64,000 nucleotides of DNA from Cyanidioschyzon merolae (taxonomy: Eukaryota). The stretch is from assembly GCA_000091205.1 (NCBI GenBank), contig AP006486.2. One strand, given 5' to 3'. Positions 22,285 through 34,517 of this stretch are shown here, piece by piece. The stretch's first letter is position 1; every line of letters begins with the position of its first letter. A program made the translations under genes and the position numbers. Below the pieces are notes generated by a model, which saw only the letters and a list, made by a program, of their open reading frames with translations, had not been told where the DNA came from and searched no databases.

Positions 22285-23103
22285 CTAATTGTCGCTGCTT
22301 GCTTGGATACGTGTTAAAATCTGCAGCAGATTCAAAAACAGGTTCAACACATCAAGATAGAGAGAGACGCAGGCAATCGACCAATCGTCCGGGCCAAGGT
22401 GATGAATGATCAGACTGGTGTCGAAGAGAATATAGCCACAGAAAACGAGTGCGGACACCACGCTCAGGACGAAGGAGAACGTTGTCGAAAAATGCCCCAT
22501 CCATCCCAGTACCGCATTCAGGACTGCTGCCCCCAACACGACGAGCAGTGCTGCGCCTAGGAACCCTCCGAGGAAGCTGAAGTCGCGCTGCGAGCGCCAA
22601 CAGTAAATCGTCAGTCCGCCAAAAACAAGCGCTGTCAAGAAACAAGCCTCAAAGACGATGAAACCAAACCCTGAAGCGGCGTATATAGCGCAGATCATCG
22701 CAACTGACAGAGCCTCGAAGAACGTGAAGACGCTCAGCGCTGGGAGACTCCACTTTGGCCGCGAGCGAGCCCAGAACAGACCCACCAGCGCCCCCAGTGT
22801 GCCCAAGAAGCACACCCAAATCAGCCAGGAAGATGCAGAAATTACCCATTGATTGAGGCTCCCACTGATCATGAACGCGCCCGAGAGCACCGCAGTAAAC
22901 CCGAGCTGGGCTGCGAGCACTGTATACACCTTTCGCAGAAAGTCCAAGCGGATGCGCTCCATGCAAGCTGCAACGGTCACCCCGACGTCATATTCCTCGA
23001 GGTCAGCGTGTCCGAGCGCCCGTGAAGCACTGCGCTTCACACTGTACTCGTACGTGTTGTAGTTGCCGCTCTCGATATCAACTGAAGCGCTTTTGGACCC
23101 CAT
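22285..23103 (-). CDS. TMBIM-family (Bax inhibitor-1/Lifeguard/GAAP-like) multipass membrane protein
   Basis: FLRKVYTVLAAQLGFTAV start, seven hydrophobic segments, and a C-terminal DDWSIACVSLYLDVLNLFLNLLQIL motif typical of TMBIM/LFG proteins. Start chosen at internal ATG 23103 (MGSKSAS...). Confidence 0.75.
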   Translation of the reverse strand: MGSKSASVDIESGNYNTYEYSVKRSASRALGHADLEEYDVGVTVAACMERIRLDFLRKVYTVLAAQLGFTAVLSGAFMISGSLNQWVISASSWLIWVCFLGTLGALVGLFWARSRPKWSLPALSVFTFFEALSVAMICAIYAASGFGFIVFEACFLTALVFGGLTIYCWRSQRDFSFLGGFLGAALLVVLGAAVLNAVLGWMGHFSTTFSFVLSVVSALVFCGYILFDTSLIIHHLGPDDWSIACVSLYLDVLNLFLNLLQILTRIQASSDN

Positions 23104-24373
23104 CACGACAGCGTGTGCCCTGGAACGAGATTGTCGGAGAGGGCGCGTCAGTCGCTCGAAGAGCGACACGCAGGCGTCCGCGTCGTTCGCGTGCGTTCCA
23201 GCGAACGGGACTTTAATGTATATTGCTATACAAATAATGACACTCGTGGTGCCGACAGCCTTGCGCACCCGCGCGCCCCCTCAAGCAGCACATCCGGCGC
23301 CTGATGTGCGATCCAGCGAGGCCTGCACCGTTGAACACAATTCGCAGTCAACTGGGTCATACCTGCATAATCATAGACAACGATTCACAGCGCGACGCAT
23401 ACTGGTCGTCTCGGGGGATGCAGCGCCCGATCAGCACGCGATGTGCGTAGCGTGTGTATGCGAGCTTTTTCGCACCATATCTGCGTTCACTTGCTAGCTC
23501 GAAAGAGCGCGTTCAGAAACCGCAGAGCCGCGCATGTGAACGCGATCACGCGCTCGGCACAGCATCCTGCAATCATGGACAATGGCGCTCGAGCCGTAGA
23601 CAGGTAAGCAGCGTCTACGGCCTGTTGCCGCGCGGTCTGTGACCTCCAGCGCGGCACCAACCGTGGTACGCAAGGCTGAGATCTGCGCCTTTACCCTCTG
23701 AGGCTGCAAACCAGAGTCCCAGTCGAGAAGACACCCGCTCTAACGCCCTATGCTGTTCCACCTGAGCTCCAGATGTTATCGATAAAGAATCCCTGTGAAC
23801 GGCATCGCGCTTCCTCCGGTACGCCAAGACGCAGCTGCCTTCACAGTCTCTCATGGCGAACAGAGCGTCGAGTGCGCGATTCGTGCCAACATCACGAGTC
23901 TCTTGTGCACGAGAAGCGTGGAATGCGTCGAGCACAAAGGTCGACCCCATGCCAGCGCCCTCCCCGAGCCTGCATCCGTACCAGGCGACGATGGCATGTA
24001 GCTAGCCCACCATGCACCCAAGCGGTAACGCGTCAGCGACAGTGCCGCCGCCGCCGCCGCTGGCGCTGGCGCTGGCGCCTGCAGTCGCTGTGAACGCGCC
24101 ACAAGGGCCAGTCTGCAGGATGCTGTGTAAATGCGACAATCCGGTCCCAACGGCTGAACGTGCTGGCGACGCTCGTTGGCATCCGCTTCTGACTCTAGGT
24201 GCTATGCCTCCGGAGACCTACGTGCGGCAGGGACAGTGCCAACTCGGTGCATAGCGGCGTTTCCGAAGAGGTTGTCACGGCGGAAACGGGTCACTGGTTA
24301 GCGCTGAGATCATCAGTGAAGTCGAGAGTAGCCTGGGTGACACGGGTTTGCGGCAAAGATAGAAATCAAGGAG

Positions 24374-26083
24374 ATGGAGGGTGAACCACCGCGCACCACG
24401 AGCGAGAACGAGATGACGACTAGCAACGAGGCTGAAGAGTCAGCGTTCGAGCTTCATTTCAAAAGCAGTACGGGTAGCAAGTTTACGCTGCCTGTCCAAG
24501 ACCTTGAAGAAAAGATCGAGGCACTGAAGCAACGTTTAGCGGAACCGAGTGGCTTCGCGCCCGAGACAATGCGCGTCATCTACAAGGGTCGAGTCCTGAA
24601 GGACGCTGAAACTTTACGGGAGCTTCAGGAAAAATATGGACTCGAGTCTGGACATACCATGCACTTGGTACGTGGCGTTCGTCCAGCTGCGGCGCCTGCC
24701 GGAGCACCGACGGGGAGCGCGCTCCCCGGCGTCGGTGGCCCGGTACCAGCGACTCCCGCTAGTGCGGCCTCATCCGCGCCTTCACTTGGGTCTTCTGCCG
24801 GAAGTGCGGGAAATCTCGCAGGTTCAACGCCAACGCCGTCGAGTGCCGGCTTTGATATGTTTGGGCAAGCACGCGCAGCTACTTGGAACGGAACAGCGGC
24901 GAACGCGAGCGCAGCCACTGGTGCTCCCCTGGGCTACGCACCAGATGCTGCCTCAACCGGGGCAAACGTCGGTAGTGCTGGTGCTGGTGGTGGATCCTCT
25001 TCTATGCAACGACTCCAACAGCAAATGCAGCAGGCGCTGCTTGCGAATCCGAACGCGATGCAGGAGATCCTCAGTAGCCCCTTGATGGAATCCATGGCGG
25101 AGAATCCCGAACTCATGCGGGCGTTGATGATGGCGAACCCGCAGATTCGGGAAATGATCAACCAGAATCCCGAGATCGGTCATGTTTTGAATGACCCAGG
25201 AGTCCTGCGCCAGACATTACAGCTGATGCGTAATCCTCACCTCATGCAGGAAATGATGCGCACAAGTGACCGAGCAATGGCTAATATCGAGTCGATGCCA
25301 GGAGGTTTCGACGCGCTGCGGCGTCTCTACACGGACATCCAAGGACCTCTGGAATCCAGCGGGCCCATGGCACCAGGTGCCGGTGCCAGCACTTTCACGA
25401 GAGCCACTCCGTCGAATCCGACTAGTAGTGACACTGGAAATGGGCGTTCCTCGACGACGCTACCGTTGCCGCCGTCATGGGCGGCAGGCGCCACTCCAGC
25501 AACCACTGGCAACAATGGCAGCCAGATGCCTTGGTCTAGTCCAGACCTGTCGGAAGAGGCGGCAGTTCGGGCAACGCGAGCTATTTTGGATAACCCGGAG
25601 CTGTTCCGCCTCACCCAGGAGCAGTTCATCGCCTCTGACACGTTCCTGCTCGCGAATCCAATGGTGTCGGCGATGGCGGCCATGAACCCGCAGATGATGC
25701 AAGCGCTCCAGGACGTCCAGTTTCGACGAAATCTCTTTACGAGAGAATTTTTCGAGTCCACGCTTGCGATGCAGGAGGCACAACTGCGCTTTCGACGGGC
25801 GATTCACCAGGCGTTGCTCCAGAGCGGGTACGACCCGGCGATTGCAACGACACCGCAACCCATGGCTTCGGCAACAGCTGGTGGACCACGGCAAACCCGT
25901 GGTGCGACATTTACAGATCCGACGGCTCAGATGACGCGTGAACAATTGGAGCAACATTTTGCGACCCAGTTGCAACAGATGCGGGAAATGGGTTTCTTCG
26001 ATACAGATGCCTGTATCGCGGCGTTGCGTGCGACCGGGGGAAACGTAGCGGCCGCTTTGGATCGGCTCCTGAACGGTTCCTAA
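24374..26083 (+). CDS. Ubiquilin/DSK2-like shuttle factor (N-terminal UBL, STI1-like repeats, C-terminal UBA)
   Basis: UBL: FELHFKSSTGSKFTLPV...IYKGRVLKD.ETL.EL.....GHTMHLV. STI1 repeats: NPELMRALMMANPQIREMINQNPE... . UBA: QLEQHFATQLQQMREMGFFDTDACIAALRATGGNVAAALDRLLNGS. ATG at 24374. Confidence 0.85.
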   Translation: MEGEPPRTTSENEMTTSNEAEESAFELHFKSSTGSKFTLPVQDLEEKIEALKQRLAEPSGFAPETMRVIYKGRVLKDAETLRELQEKYGLESGHTMHLVRGVRPAAAPAGAPTGSALPGVGGPVPATPASAASSAPSLGSSAGSAGNLAGSTPTPSSAGFDMFGQARAATWNGTAANASAATGAPLGYAPDAASTGANVGSAGAGGGSSSMQRLQQQMQQALLANPNAMQEILSSPLMESMAENPELMRALMMANPQIREMINQNPEIGHVLNDPGVLRQTLQLMRNPHLMQEMMRTSDRAMANIESMPGGFDALRRLYTDIQGPLESSGPMAPGAGASTFTRATPSNPTSSDTGNGRSSTTLPLPPSWAAGATPATTGNNGSQMPWSSPDLSEEAAVRATRAILDNPELFRLTQEQFIASDTFLLANPMVSAMAAMNPQMMQALQDVQFRRNLFTREFFESTLAMQEAQLRFRRAIHQALLQSGYDPAIATTPQPMASATAGGPRQTRGATFTDPTAQMTREQLEQHFATQLQQMREMGFFDTDACIAALRATGGNVAAALDRLLNGS

Positions 26084-26588
26084 ACCGTGATCATTCATGG
26101 ATTGAATCTACAGGTTCGTGAACGGGCTTGGACTGCTATGCGCAAAAGAAGACGCCCTGGGCGTGCGTGCTGTGTCCCCGGTTTCTGACACGGCCTGTGC
26201 GACCCTCGCACTGCTGTTGCTGGTACGCACAGACCTGTTCGCGGGATTCGCGTACCACCAGCACTGAGGATGTAGGAGGTGCTGCGCATCAGTGCTCAGA
26301 GGCTGGCGAGAGGCCGCTTGCGAGCTTTCCGTGAGCCAATGCTCTTCGTCACTGCATCGTTGATAGATGGAGGGGCATCCCGTAAATGTCATGTGGGATT
26401 GCGTACTTCGTGACTGTGCTGCAACGGCGGGGCCTGGTCGATTGTTCCGCCGGAAGCTGCACATTGGTTGCGGCAATGCCCTGAGGACTATCCTGCTCTC
26501 CGCGCACCAGATCGAGGTTTCTTCACGCGGTGCACGCCTCGGGAAGTGGTGTCCAGTGTACGCAGGTCGTATCATGCAGTAAACTCAG

Positions 26589-27987
26589 GTCAACGTGAAA
26601 AAGTATGGATCCACTTTGCTGACTCTTGCGTACGCTGTAATATCTGGGTATCTTGTCGTTGTTGTTACACCAACACCACTCATTTCACGATACGCCCCCT
26701 GGCTGCTCTTTTTTGCAGTCTTGGACAATCCGCTTCACATACGGGCGTATCTAGTGTCCATCCGGCGCCGTCGCAAGCAGTCGCAGAATGCTCCGATACA
26801 AACAAACGTCCCGATATGGGTGCTTCCTGCGTTAGCCAGCGCACCGGGTACGGACTGGCAGGAGTCGCAGTCTACGCTTCGCTTGCCGTGCTCATTCTCG
26901 TTGTATACAATATCAATGCGCTCGTCGCAGCGCAGACTGCGTGGGCTCTATCAGGTGTTTCTGTTTGCGTACTAGCGCGCTCCCTGAGACGATTGCCCTC
27001 TCGCGCTGCACAGCTTGCGTTATCGCTCGGTAGACGCACTGTGGGCAGGTACAGGAGACTCTTGGGGATACCGTTGACCGTCTCCTCGCCCGGGTACTCT
27101 GGCCTAGGGTCACGAGCGTCCGCTGTGCCATTCACTAGGCGAGGGCGTTGTACGCTGTCCGGTGCATGCGCAAGTGCACACTGTTGCATTCGAGAGTGGA
27201 TTTGCATCACGTGATGTTCCCCATGAGCACGAGACAAGTGCCGCAGGGACTAGTCAGTGTCGTGAACAATTCGAGAGGTGTCGATCCGTCGACGCTCGCT
27301 CTGTGCACCGCACGATCACACGCTCAGCTGGAAGTGATCGCTGCGATGCCTGCATTCCTGGTCCCTGGATCGTTCACGATACTTGAAGCAAAGACGGCAG
27401 ACGCGGGGCACGTATCGCACCCGAGGACGCATGCTGGTATGGAATGCCGTCTCGTCGATGGCCGCAGCCAAAGGCAGCATCGTGTCTCGAACGGCACTGA
27501 ATGCCTGGCGAAGCAAGATCAGCGAATGTGTCGCATGACCATGAGTGCACAAGTCGCCAACGGAAGACGTCGAGTACGGTTCGTGGTCCATCCAGAGACG
27601 CGATTTACCGCACCTGCGAGGCGCCACAGACCAGGAAGATCGAGGACTTGAAATATGAGCGATTTGGGCATGCCCTATGGATCGAGAGGAAAAACGCAGA
27701 TACTCGTGTGTATGCATTGGGTAAGGATCTCGGATACTTTACGAACCAGTGTCCGACGGCGTCGTGTATCATCTCGATTCCGTTCACGCACCGAATGCCA
27801 GCACCACAAGACTCGAAAGCGTCACGCTAACACAGACTACGACCGAGGATCCCGGAACCAGGTCTGAACCTGTGAGCACATCTCGGTGCACTTGGAATGT
27901 CCGTACAGTACGTCTTGACCTGGGTTCTGAATAGAATCGCAAGGCGCAAAAACACCCATCCGTCCAGTGTTCTGGTCTCATTTATGA
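26589..27987. repeat. Copy C1 of a 1,399-bp direct repeat (about 98.5% identical to 30976-32374), member of the dispersed repeat family
   Basis: Every six-frame ORF in 26468-27981 has a near-identical twin offset by +4387 (e.g. 26595..26975 vs 30928..31362, 27148..27651 vs 31553..32038). Repeat edges gtcaacgtgaaaaag ... ggtctcatttatga were read directly. It ends 4 bp before the GUF1 stop. Confidence 0.9.
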
Positions 27988-27991
27988 GGCA

Positions 27992-30313
27992 TTAGGAAGC
28001 GGCGTCACGTTTCGCCGTCAGAATCGCTCGAAACGCCTCCTTCGGCACGCGAATGCCGCTTGCGAGGGCTCGTTCCGCGGCGATTTTCTTTCCTCGTTTT
28101 TGTTTTTCGAGCAGTTTCTTCTTGCGTGTGACGTCGCCACCGTACAACTTGGCGGTCACGTCCTTCCGCAGCGCGTTCAGATGCTCGGAGGCAATGACCT
28201 TGGACCCAATACGCGCTTGGATGGCGACTTTGAACTGTTGACGCGGGACGATCTCCAAGAGTCGCTGACACAGACTCCGTCCAATCGCTTGTGCCGCTGA
28301 TTGATGACAGATGACGCTCATGGCGTCCACAACTTCACCGTGAATGGAGATGTCGAGCTTCACCAGGTCACTCGCTCGATACCCAACCAGGCGATAGTCG
28401 AGGCCAGCGAAGCCCTTGCTCCGCGACTTGAGCTGGTCGAAAAAGTCACTCACCATCTCCCCCAGGGCCATCTCGTAAATGAGCACCACCCGGGATTCGG
28501 TGAGGAAGCGCATGTCGAGGAACTCGCCACGACGGCTCTGGGCGAGCTCCATGAGCGATCCCACGTACTCTGCTGGTGTGATCATTTCGATACGCACATA
28601 GGGTTCCTCGATTCGTTCAATATTCGTCGGTGGCGGCAACTTGCACGGATTGTCGATCTCGAGGACCTCGCCGCTGGTCGTATGAACGCGGTAGACAACC
28701 GAAGGTGCCGTCGTCACAAGATCGAGGTCGTATTCTGTCTCGAGGCGCTCGATGACCACATCGAGATGGAGCAGGCCCAGAAAACCGCAACGGAAGCCAA
28801 AGCCCAGTGCCGGCGAGTTTTCGTTTTCATAGTAGAGCGCAGCGTCGTTGAGTTTCAGTTTTTCGAGAGCATCTCGTAACTGGTTATACATGCTTGCATC
28901 GGCGGGGAAGATACCGCTGAACACCATCGGCTTGACCTCTTTGTAGCCCGGAAGCGGTTCAGATGCAGGATGGCGTGCTAGGGTAATCGTGTCGCCAACG
29001 CGAGCGTGCGCTACGGTTTTGATGCCAGCCACCAGGTAGCCGACCTCGCCAACGGACAGCTCTTCGACAGGAAGCGGTTTCGGTGTGAAAACGCCAATTT
29101 CATCGACGTCGTATTCGCGGCCATTCGCCATAAAGCGAATACGATCCGACTTGCGTAAGGTACCGTCAACGATACGAAAGTAGACCACGACTCCGCGATA
29201 ATCGTCATAGGCGCTATCGAATATGAGCGCGCGGAGCGGGGCATTCTCGTCGCGGACTCGGGGTGGCGGAATCCGTTTCACGATTGCCTCCAGTGTCTCT
29301 TCGATGCCAATACCCAGTTTCGCCGAGGTCCGAACTGCATCGCGCATATCAATACCGATGACCTGCTCGACCTCCTGGGATGCCTGCTCTGGCTGCGCTG
29401 CCGGCAGATCTATTTTGTTCAGAATTGGGACGATCTCCAAATTGTTCTCCATCGCCAGGTACGCATTCGCGAGTGTCTGCGCCTCGACACCCTTGGTCGC
29501 ATCCACCAGCAGAAGTGCACCCTCGCACGCTTGCAGTGAACGAGAGACCTCATAGGAAAAATCCACATGGCCCGGTGTGTCGATCAGGTTCAGCACATAA
29601 GTCTGGCCGTCGTGTGCGGTATAGTTCATTCGCGCTGCCTGCAGCTTCACCGTAATCCCTCGCTCACGCTCCAGTTCCAGCGAGTCAAGGTATTGCTCTC
29701 GCATCTCACGCGCACTTACTGCGCCTGTTCGTTCGAGTAGCCGGTCCGCCAGGGTAGATTTGCCCGCGTCCACGTGAGCAGTAATAGAAAAGTTTCGAAT
29801 GCGCGACGGTGGTACCCGGATCAGGCGTCCCTGTGGCTGCGCGTGTTGTTCACCATCTGTTTGGAAGGGCGGCGTTGGTGCCACTGGCTTCGACGGTGTC
29901 TCACGTGTTGTGTTCTGTGGCAGCGACTGCTGAGCTCTCAGACTGAGAGCGCGTCCCGAGTCTCGCGCACACCTCTTCAAGTCTAGCGGGAGTCGAGCTC
30001 TATCTGCAAATGCTGCTGGTAACAGAGCGCACTGCCGCCAGTTCATATGGCGTCGAAACACGTTGTATAGCGTCGGACTCATGACGGCAAAGGCAAGTGC
30101 TGGTGCCTGCCAACGCCCCGAAAGCCGATCCCGCTCCGAGTTCGTAGGGAGCACGCCCGACCTACTGGTGCCAGTTCCGCTGCGCAGGCACTGCACACGC
30201 CCGGCACACGCCAAGGCGCGTGCCTCTGAAGGAAGCTGGCGCTCGGGGACTATACGCTGCGGTTCGTACGCACACTGGCCTCTACTTGGAACGCGTTCAG
30301 CATTGGTATGCAT
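27992..30313 (-). CDS. GUF1: Translation factor GUF1/LepA (EF4) homolog with N-terminal organelle-targeting extension of about 150 aa
   Basis: Complete LepA architecture: G1 [10 protein letters not shown]3 [13 protein letters not shown], and the LepA C-terminal domain ...[24 protein letters not shown] at 30313, alternative internal ATG at MSPTLYN. Confidence 0.9.
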   Translation of the reverse strand: MHTNAERVPSRGQCAYEPQRIVPERQLPSEARALACAGRVQCLRSGTGTSRSGVLPTNSERDRLSGRWQAPALAFAVMSPTLYNVFRRHMNWRQCALLPAAFADRARLPLDLKRCARDSGRALSLRAQQSLPQNTTRETPSKPVAPTPPFQTDGEQHAQPQGRLIRVPPSRIRNFSITAHVDAGKSTLADRLLERTGAVSAREMREQYLDSLELERERGITVKLQAARMNYTAHDGQTYVLNLIDTPGHVDFSYEVSRSLQACEGALLLVDATKGVEAQTLANAYLAMENNLEIVPILNKIDLPAAQPEQASQEVEQVIGIDMRDAVRTSAKLGIGIEETLEAIVKRIPPPRVRDENAPLRALIFDSAYDDYRGVVVYFRIVDGTLRKSDRIRFMANGREYDVDEIGVFTPKPLPVEELSVGEVGYLVAGIKTVAHARVGDTITLARHPASEPLPGYKEVKPMVFSGIFPADASMYNQLRDALEKLKLNDAALYYENENSPALGFGFRCGFLGLLHLDVVIERLETEYDLDLVTTAPSVVYRVHTTSGEVLEIDNPCKLPPPTNIERIEEPYVRIEMITPAEYVGSLMELAQSRRGEFLDMRFLTESRVVLIYEMALGEMVSDFFDQLKSRSKGFAGLDYRLVGYRASDLVKLDISIHGEVVDAMSVICHQSAAQAIGRSLCQRLLEIVPRQQFKVAIQARIGSKVIASEHLNALRKDVTAKLYGGDVTRKKKLLEKQKRGKKIAAERALASGIRVPKEAFRAILTAKRDAAS

Positions 30314-30975
30314 GACACTAAGCGTGTCCGAGTCTACGAGTACCGTTCACCGGAACGACAGGCAATTAGAGACGCACTGCTCGTGTTCTCTACGAGAGCA
30401 CGTCAACGACCACTCCCTGCCCTGAGACCCAACGAAGCCAACGAAGTTCTGTGTCAGTGAGCGGTCGTGGTAGATACCCCTGCTGCAAAGCAACGCAAAG
30501 CAACAGCACCGTAATAAAGTGGCAACAGAAACGTTTCCCTGAGGCCGAACACCAGCACAACGCCTGCGCCTGTAGTCCGGCGATACAGCGCACGGCCGGC
30601 GCCAGTACCGCAACAGGCCGTACAGGCTGGCAAGTGCGTCGCCGTGCCCGGGTTCAGTGGACGGATCCGGTGCTGTGCTTGCAGCGTGATGCTCACGTTG
30701 GATGGACACGAATGGATAGCACTGGAAGAAAAGAGTGAGAGACGAGACTTCGACGCCTCTGCAAGGCCAATGCGTGCGCACAGTGGAGCACTCGCTCTGG
30801 GTAAACGGTAACAAGTCGAAATCGCACCCTAGGGGTACGGCACGGGTAGCTGCGATATCTTCGTTCGGCATCGCGAACGAGCTACGAACGTGCAATGCGA
30901 GTGTCTGTATGACGACAGGAGAGATACGTGGGATATCACGCTGGAGCGCTGCTGACTGCGTTGCGTTGTACGCGT

Positions 30976-32374
30976 GTCAACGTGAAAAAGTATGGATCCA
31001 CTTTGCTGTCTCTGGCGTACGCTGTAATATCTGGGTATCTTGTCGTTGTTGTTTCACCAACACCACTCATTTCACGATACGCCCCCTGGCTGCTCTTTTT
31101 TGCAGTCTTGGACAATCCGCTTCACATACGGGCATATCTAGTGTCTATCCGGCGCCGTCGCAAGCAGTCGCAGAATGCTCCGATACAAATAAACGTCCCG
31201 ATATGGGTGCTTCCTGCGTTAGCCAGCGCACCGGGTACGGACTGGCAGGAGTCGCAGTCTACGCTTCGCTTGCCGTGCTCATTCTCGTTGTATACAATAT
31301 CAATGCGCTCGTCGCAGCGCGGACTGCGTGGGCTCTATCAGGTGTTTCTGTTTGCGTACTAGCGCGCTCCCTGAGACGATTGCCCTCTCGCGCTGCACAG
31401 CTTGCGTTATCGCTCGGTAGACGCACTGTGGGCAGGTACAGGAGACTCTTGGGGATACCGTTGACCGTCTCTTCGCCCGGGTGCTCTGGCCTAGGGTCAC
31501 GAGCGTCCGCTGTGCCATTCACTAGGCGAGGACGCTGTACGCTGTCCGGTGCATGCGCAAGTGCACACTGTTGCATTCGAGAGTGGATTTGCATCACGTG
31601 ATGTTCCCCATGAGCACGAGACAAGTGCCGCAGGGACTAGTCAGTGTCGTGAACAATTCGAGAGGTGTCGATCCGTCGACGCTCGCTCTGTGCACCGCAC
31701 GATCACACGCTCAGCTGGAAGTGATCGCTGCGCTGCCTGCATTCCTGGTCCCTGGATCGTTCTCGATGCTTGAAGCAAAGACGGCAGACGCGGGACACGT
31801 ATCGCACCCGAGAACGCATGCTGGTATGGAATGTCGTCTCGTCGATGGCCGCAGACCAAGGCAGCATCGTGTCTCGAACGGCACTGAATGCCTGGCGAAG
31901 CATGATCAGCGAATGTGTCGCATGACCATGAGTGCACAAGTCGCCAACGGAAGACGTCGAGTACGGTTCGTGGTCCATCCAGAGACGCGATTTACCGCAC
32001 CTGCGAGGCGCCACAGACCAGGAAGATCGAGGACTTGAAATATGAGCGATTTGGGCATGCCCTATGGATCGAGAGGAAAAACGCAGATACTCGTGTGTAT
32101 GCATTGGGTAAGGATCTCGGATACTTTACGAACCAGTGTCCGAGGGCGTCGTGTATCATCTCGATTCCGTTCACGCACCGAATGCCAGCACCACAAGACT
32201 CGAAAGCGTCACGCTAACACAGACTACGACCGAGGATCCCGGAACCAGGTCTGAACCTGTGAGCACATCTCGGTGCACTCGCAATGTCCGTACAGTACGT
32301 CTTGACCTGGGTTCTGAATAGAATCGCAAGGAACAAAAACACCCATCCGTCCAGTGTTCTGGTCTCATTTATGA
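30976..32374. repeat. Copy C2 of the 1,399-bp direct repeat
   Basis: Identical edges and colinear sequence with 26589-27987; about 20 substitutions over 1.4 kb. Confidence 0.9.
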
Positions 32375-33791
32375 AGAGTCTATCTCAGCCGATGAGCGCA
32401 TTGTCACCCACAAGCAAGGCCCAGTGCCCGAATTCGCATTCGCTTGGCGTTATCCGATGAAGCGTCTGTCACGAGAGCAAAGCGGTGCGCACGCGCGGTG
32501 ATCCATTCACTGAACAGCATTTCGAGTGAACGCTTTGCCAGGCGTTCACGAGTGATCAGTGAATACGTCGCAGGCGCAGCGCTGCATTCCGAACAGCGCC
32601 AGTGAACGAGCTTCTCTGTGCACGATCCGAGCGCCTCGCAACAGAGGGGGCCGGCATCCCACCCAGCTCTCTACTGGAGAGCACCCAGACACCTGCTGGA
32701 GAGCGTCGAATGTTCGTACGGCCCAGTCGCTAGTCGCTATCGTGCTTATGCTGCACGGCGATCAAGGTGCGCATCGCGACACTTGAAATATCGCGTTGCA
32801 GAACATCGTCCCCGCTGTCCAGAAGCATACGGTTTATGAAAAAATCGAGCGTAAATTGGAGCAAGTGGCCTGCCTCAGGAGCCTCGGATTCGATGATGCA
32901 CTGTGCGCGAGGGAGCGTCTCGAATGCTTGTTGTCATAAAGCGCCTGCATGGGCATTTCCGTGCCTGCGTACCGCACTCAATAGCATGCTGCTGGGCGTA
33001 CTTGTACAAGTACCATTCCACTTGACCTGTGATCACACAGAAGCCTACGCATAGTCGACGGAACAAGCACTGAGGCTTGAAGCAACCATGAGGTTTGCTG
33101 GGATGCCCCCAGGATCGCCCACGTTGCGAGGCGCGTGCCTGCAGCCCCAGTCGTGTGAGCATCCATGCCCTGCGTGCTTGCGTATCCATCTTTGGGTTGC
33201 CTGCTATCAACCGACGCGCCAAGATGCATTCCAGCGCCGTTGTCATGTCAGCGTTCGCCGTCCGCAACTGCGTAGTCGACGGGCCAACAAGCGCCTGCGG
33301 CAGGCTCTGCATCCGCGGATTCGCTGTACCAATCTCAGCGCTATGCAGCGGGAAGAGATTCGATCGCGCCGCGTAGAACGTGAACGTCTGCGCGGCAGCA
33401 TTCAAATCCATGGTATTGACCGTGGCAGCCTTCGGACATCCGCAGAGACGCTCATTACACACATGGACCAGCACGCACCCATCCACCCGCAACCGCACGC
33501 ATGCATCCGACGCCTCGAGCCGATACCCTCAGGGGCATGGCATCGACGAGGTTGTGCTTTCGTGCTGCGCGTGCAGCGGCGACTCACAAACGCTATCGTG
33601 GACACGCATAGGATACACCTGGCAAACGATAGAACGTGACAAATGATCAGCAGCTTCCAAGACCCATGCGCACAGAGGACTATGGCCATACGTTGAACAA
33701 TGGATGTTCGATCGCGCGCTCCGACGAAGCGCATCAGCGAGGATCCCCGGTCATTGGGGCAGGGAGCCGCAAAACATGAGCTGCATTCCAG

Positions 33792-34517
33792 ATGTCCTTC
33801 TTATACAGATTGATCTACTATTGTTGCATAGCGGTCGATTGCTCGAATGCTCCCCGCACCCCTTCGCATGCTGCCTCTGCTACTCGTACGCAAGCGCGCT
33901 GCTTCTCCGACACGTGCGCTAGCCGAACTGGAGACGCCACAGTTCTCCGGGAAAGGAGCAAGCTCGCCACCATGTCTGGCCTGCGGACTTTAGTCGCGCT
34001 TCTTAATCAGCGCGTACGGCCGTTTGTCTTACCGAATGCACACGTTAGTCCGTCGGCGTCCGTGATAGGAAACGTCGCTATTGCGGACCACGTTTTTATC
34101 AAACCAAACGCTGTGCTCCGAGGTGACAGTCTTGTTCCTGACGACTTGATTCGCCTCGGTGGGTATACGGTCATTGGTGAAAATACAGTTCTGAACGCTG
34201 CCGTACAGATAGGATCCTGGTGTCGAGTCGGAGCGGCGTGCTCCATCGGACGCGCCGCACGCATCGGCAACGTGGTCACGCTTGGGGACGGTACCATAGT
34301 GGGCGCTGGTGCGGAAATCCCGCACGAAGTATGCACCGAGCCACGTACAGTTATACCAGACGGAGCGCAACTCGAGCCAAACGCCCGATATGCCGGGAAT
34401 CCAGCAACGCGTGTCGGTGAGTGGTCCGGTTTTGATGTCGAGGAGAGCAAGAAACGAGCGCAAGCCGAGTGTGCACTTGGTGCGCAACATGCGTACGAGT
34501 TCCTGCCTTTGGAATGA
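33792..34517 (+). CDS. Gamma-carbonic-anhydrase-like (left-handed beta-helix, hexapeptide repeat) protein, probably mitochondrial complex-I-associated CA/CAL type
   Basis: PNAHVSPSASVIGNVAIADHVFIKPNAVLRGD...IGENTVLNAAVQIGSWCRVGAACSIG..ARIGNVVTLGDGTIVGAGAEI matches gamma-CA hexapeptide repeats. Few conserved His ligands, so -like. ATG at 33792; alternative ATG at 33972. Confidence 0.65.
   Translation: MSFLYRLIYYCCIAVDCSNAPRTPSHAASATRTQARCFSDTCASRTGDATVLRERSKLATMSGLRTLVALLNQRVRPFVLPNAHVSPSASVIGNVAIADHVFIKPNAVLRGDSLVPDDLIRLGGYTVIGENTVLNAAVQIGSWCRVGAACSIGRAARIGNVVTLGDGTIVGAGAEIPHEVCTEPRTVIPDGAQLEPNARYAGNPATRVGEWSGFDVEESKKRAQAECALGAQHAYEFLPLE

Noticed and set aside
26589-32374. LTR retrotransposon interpretation of the two 1.4-kb direct repeats
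   Set aside because: The internal region is a host GUF1 gene with no gag/pol/integrase signatures. The repeat termini are not TG...CA, and no PBS/PPT is evident adjacent to them.
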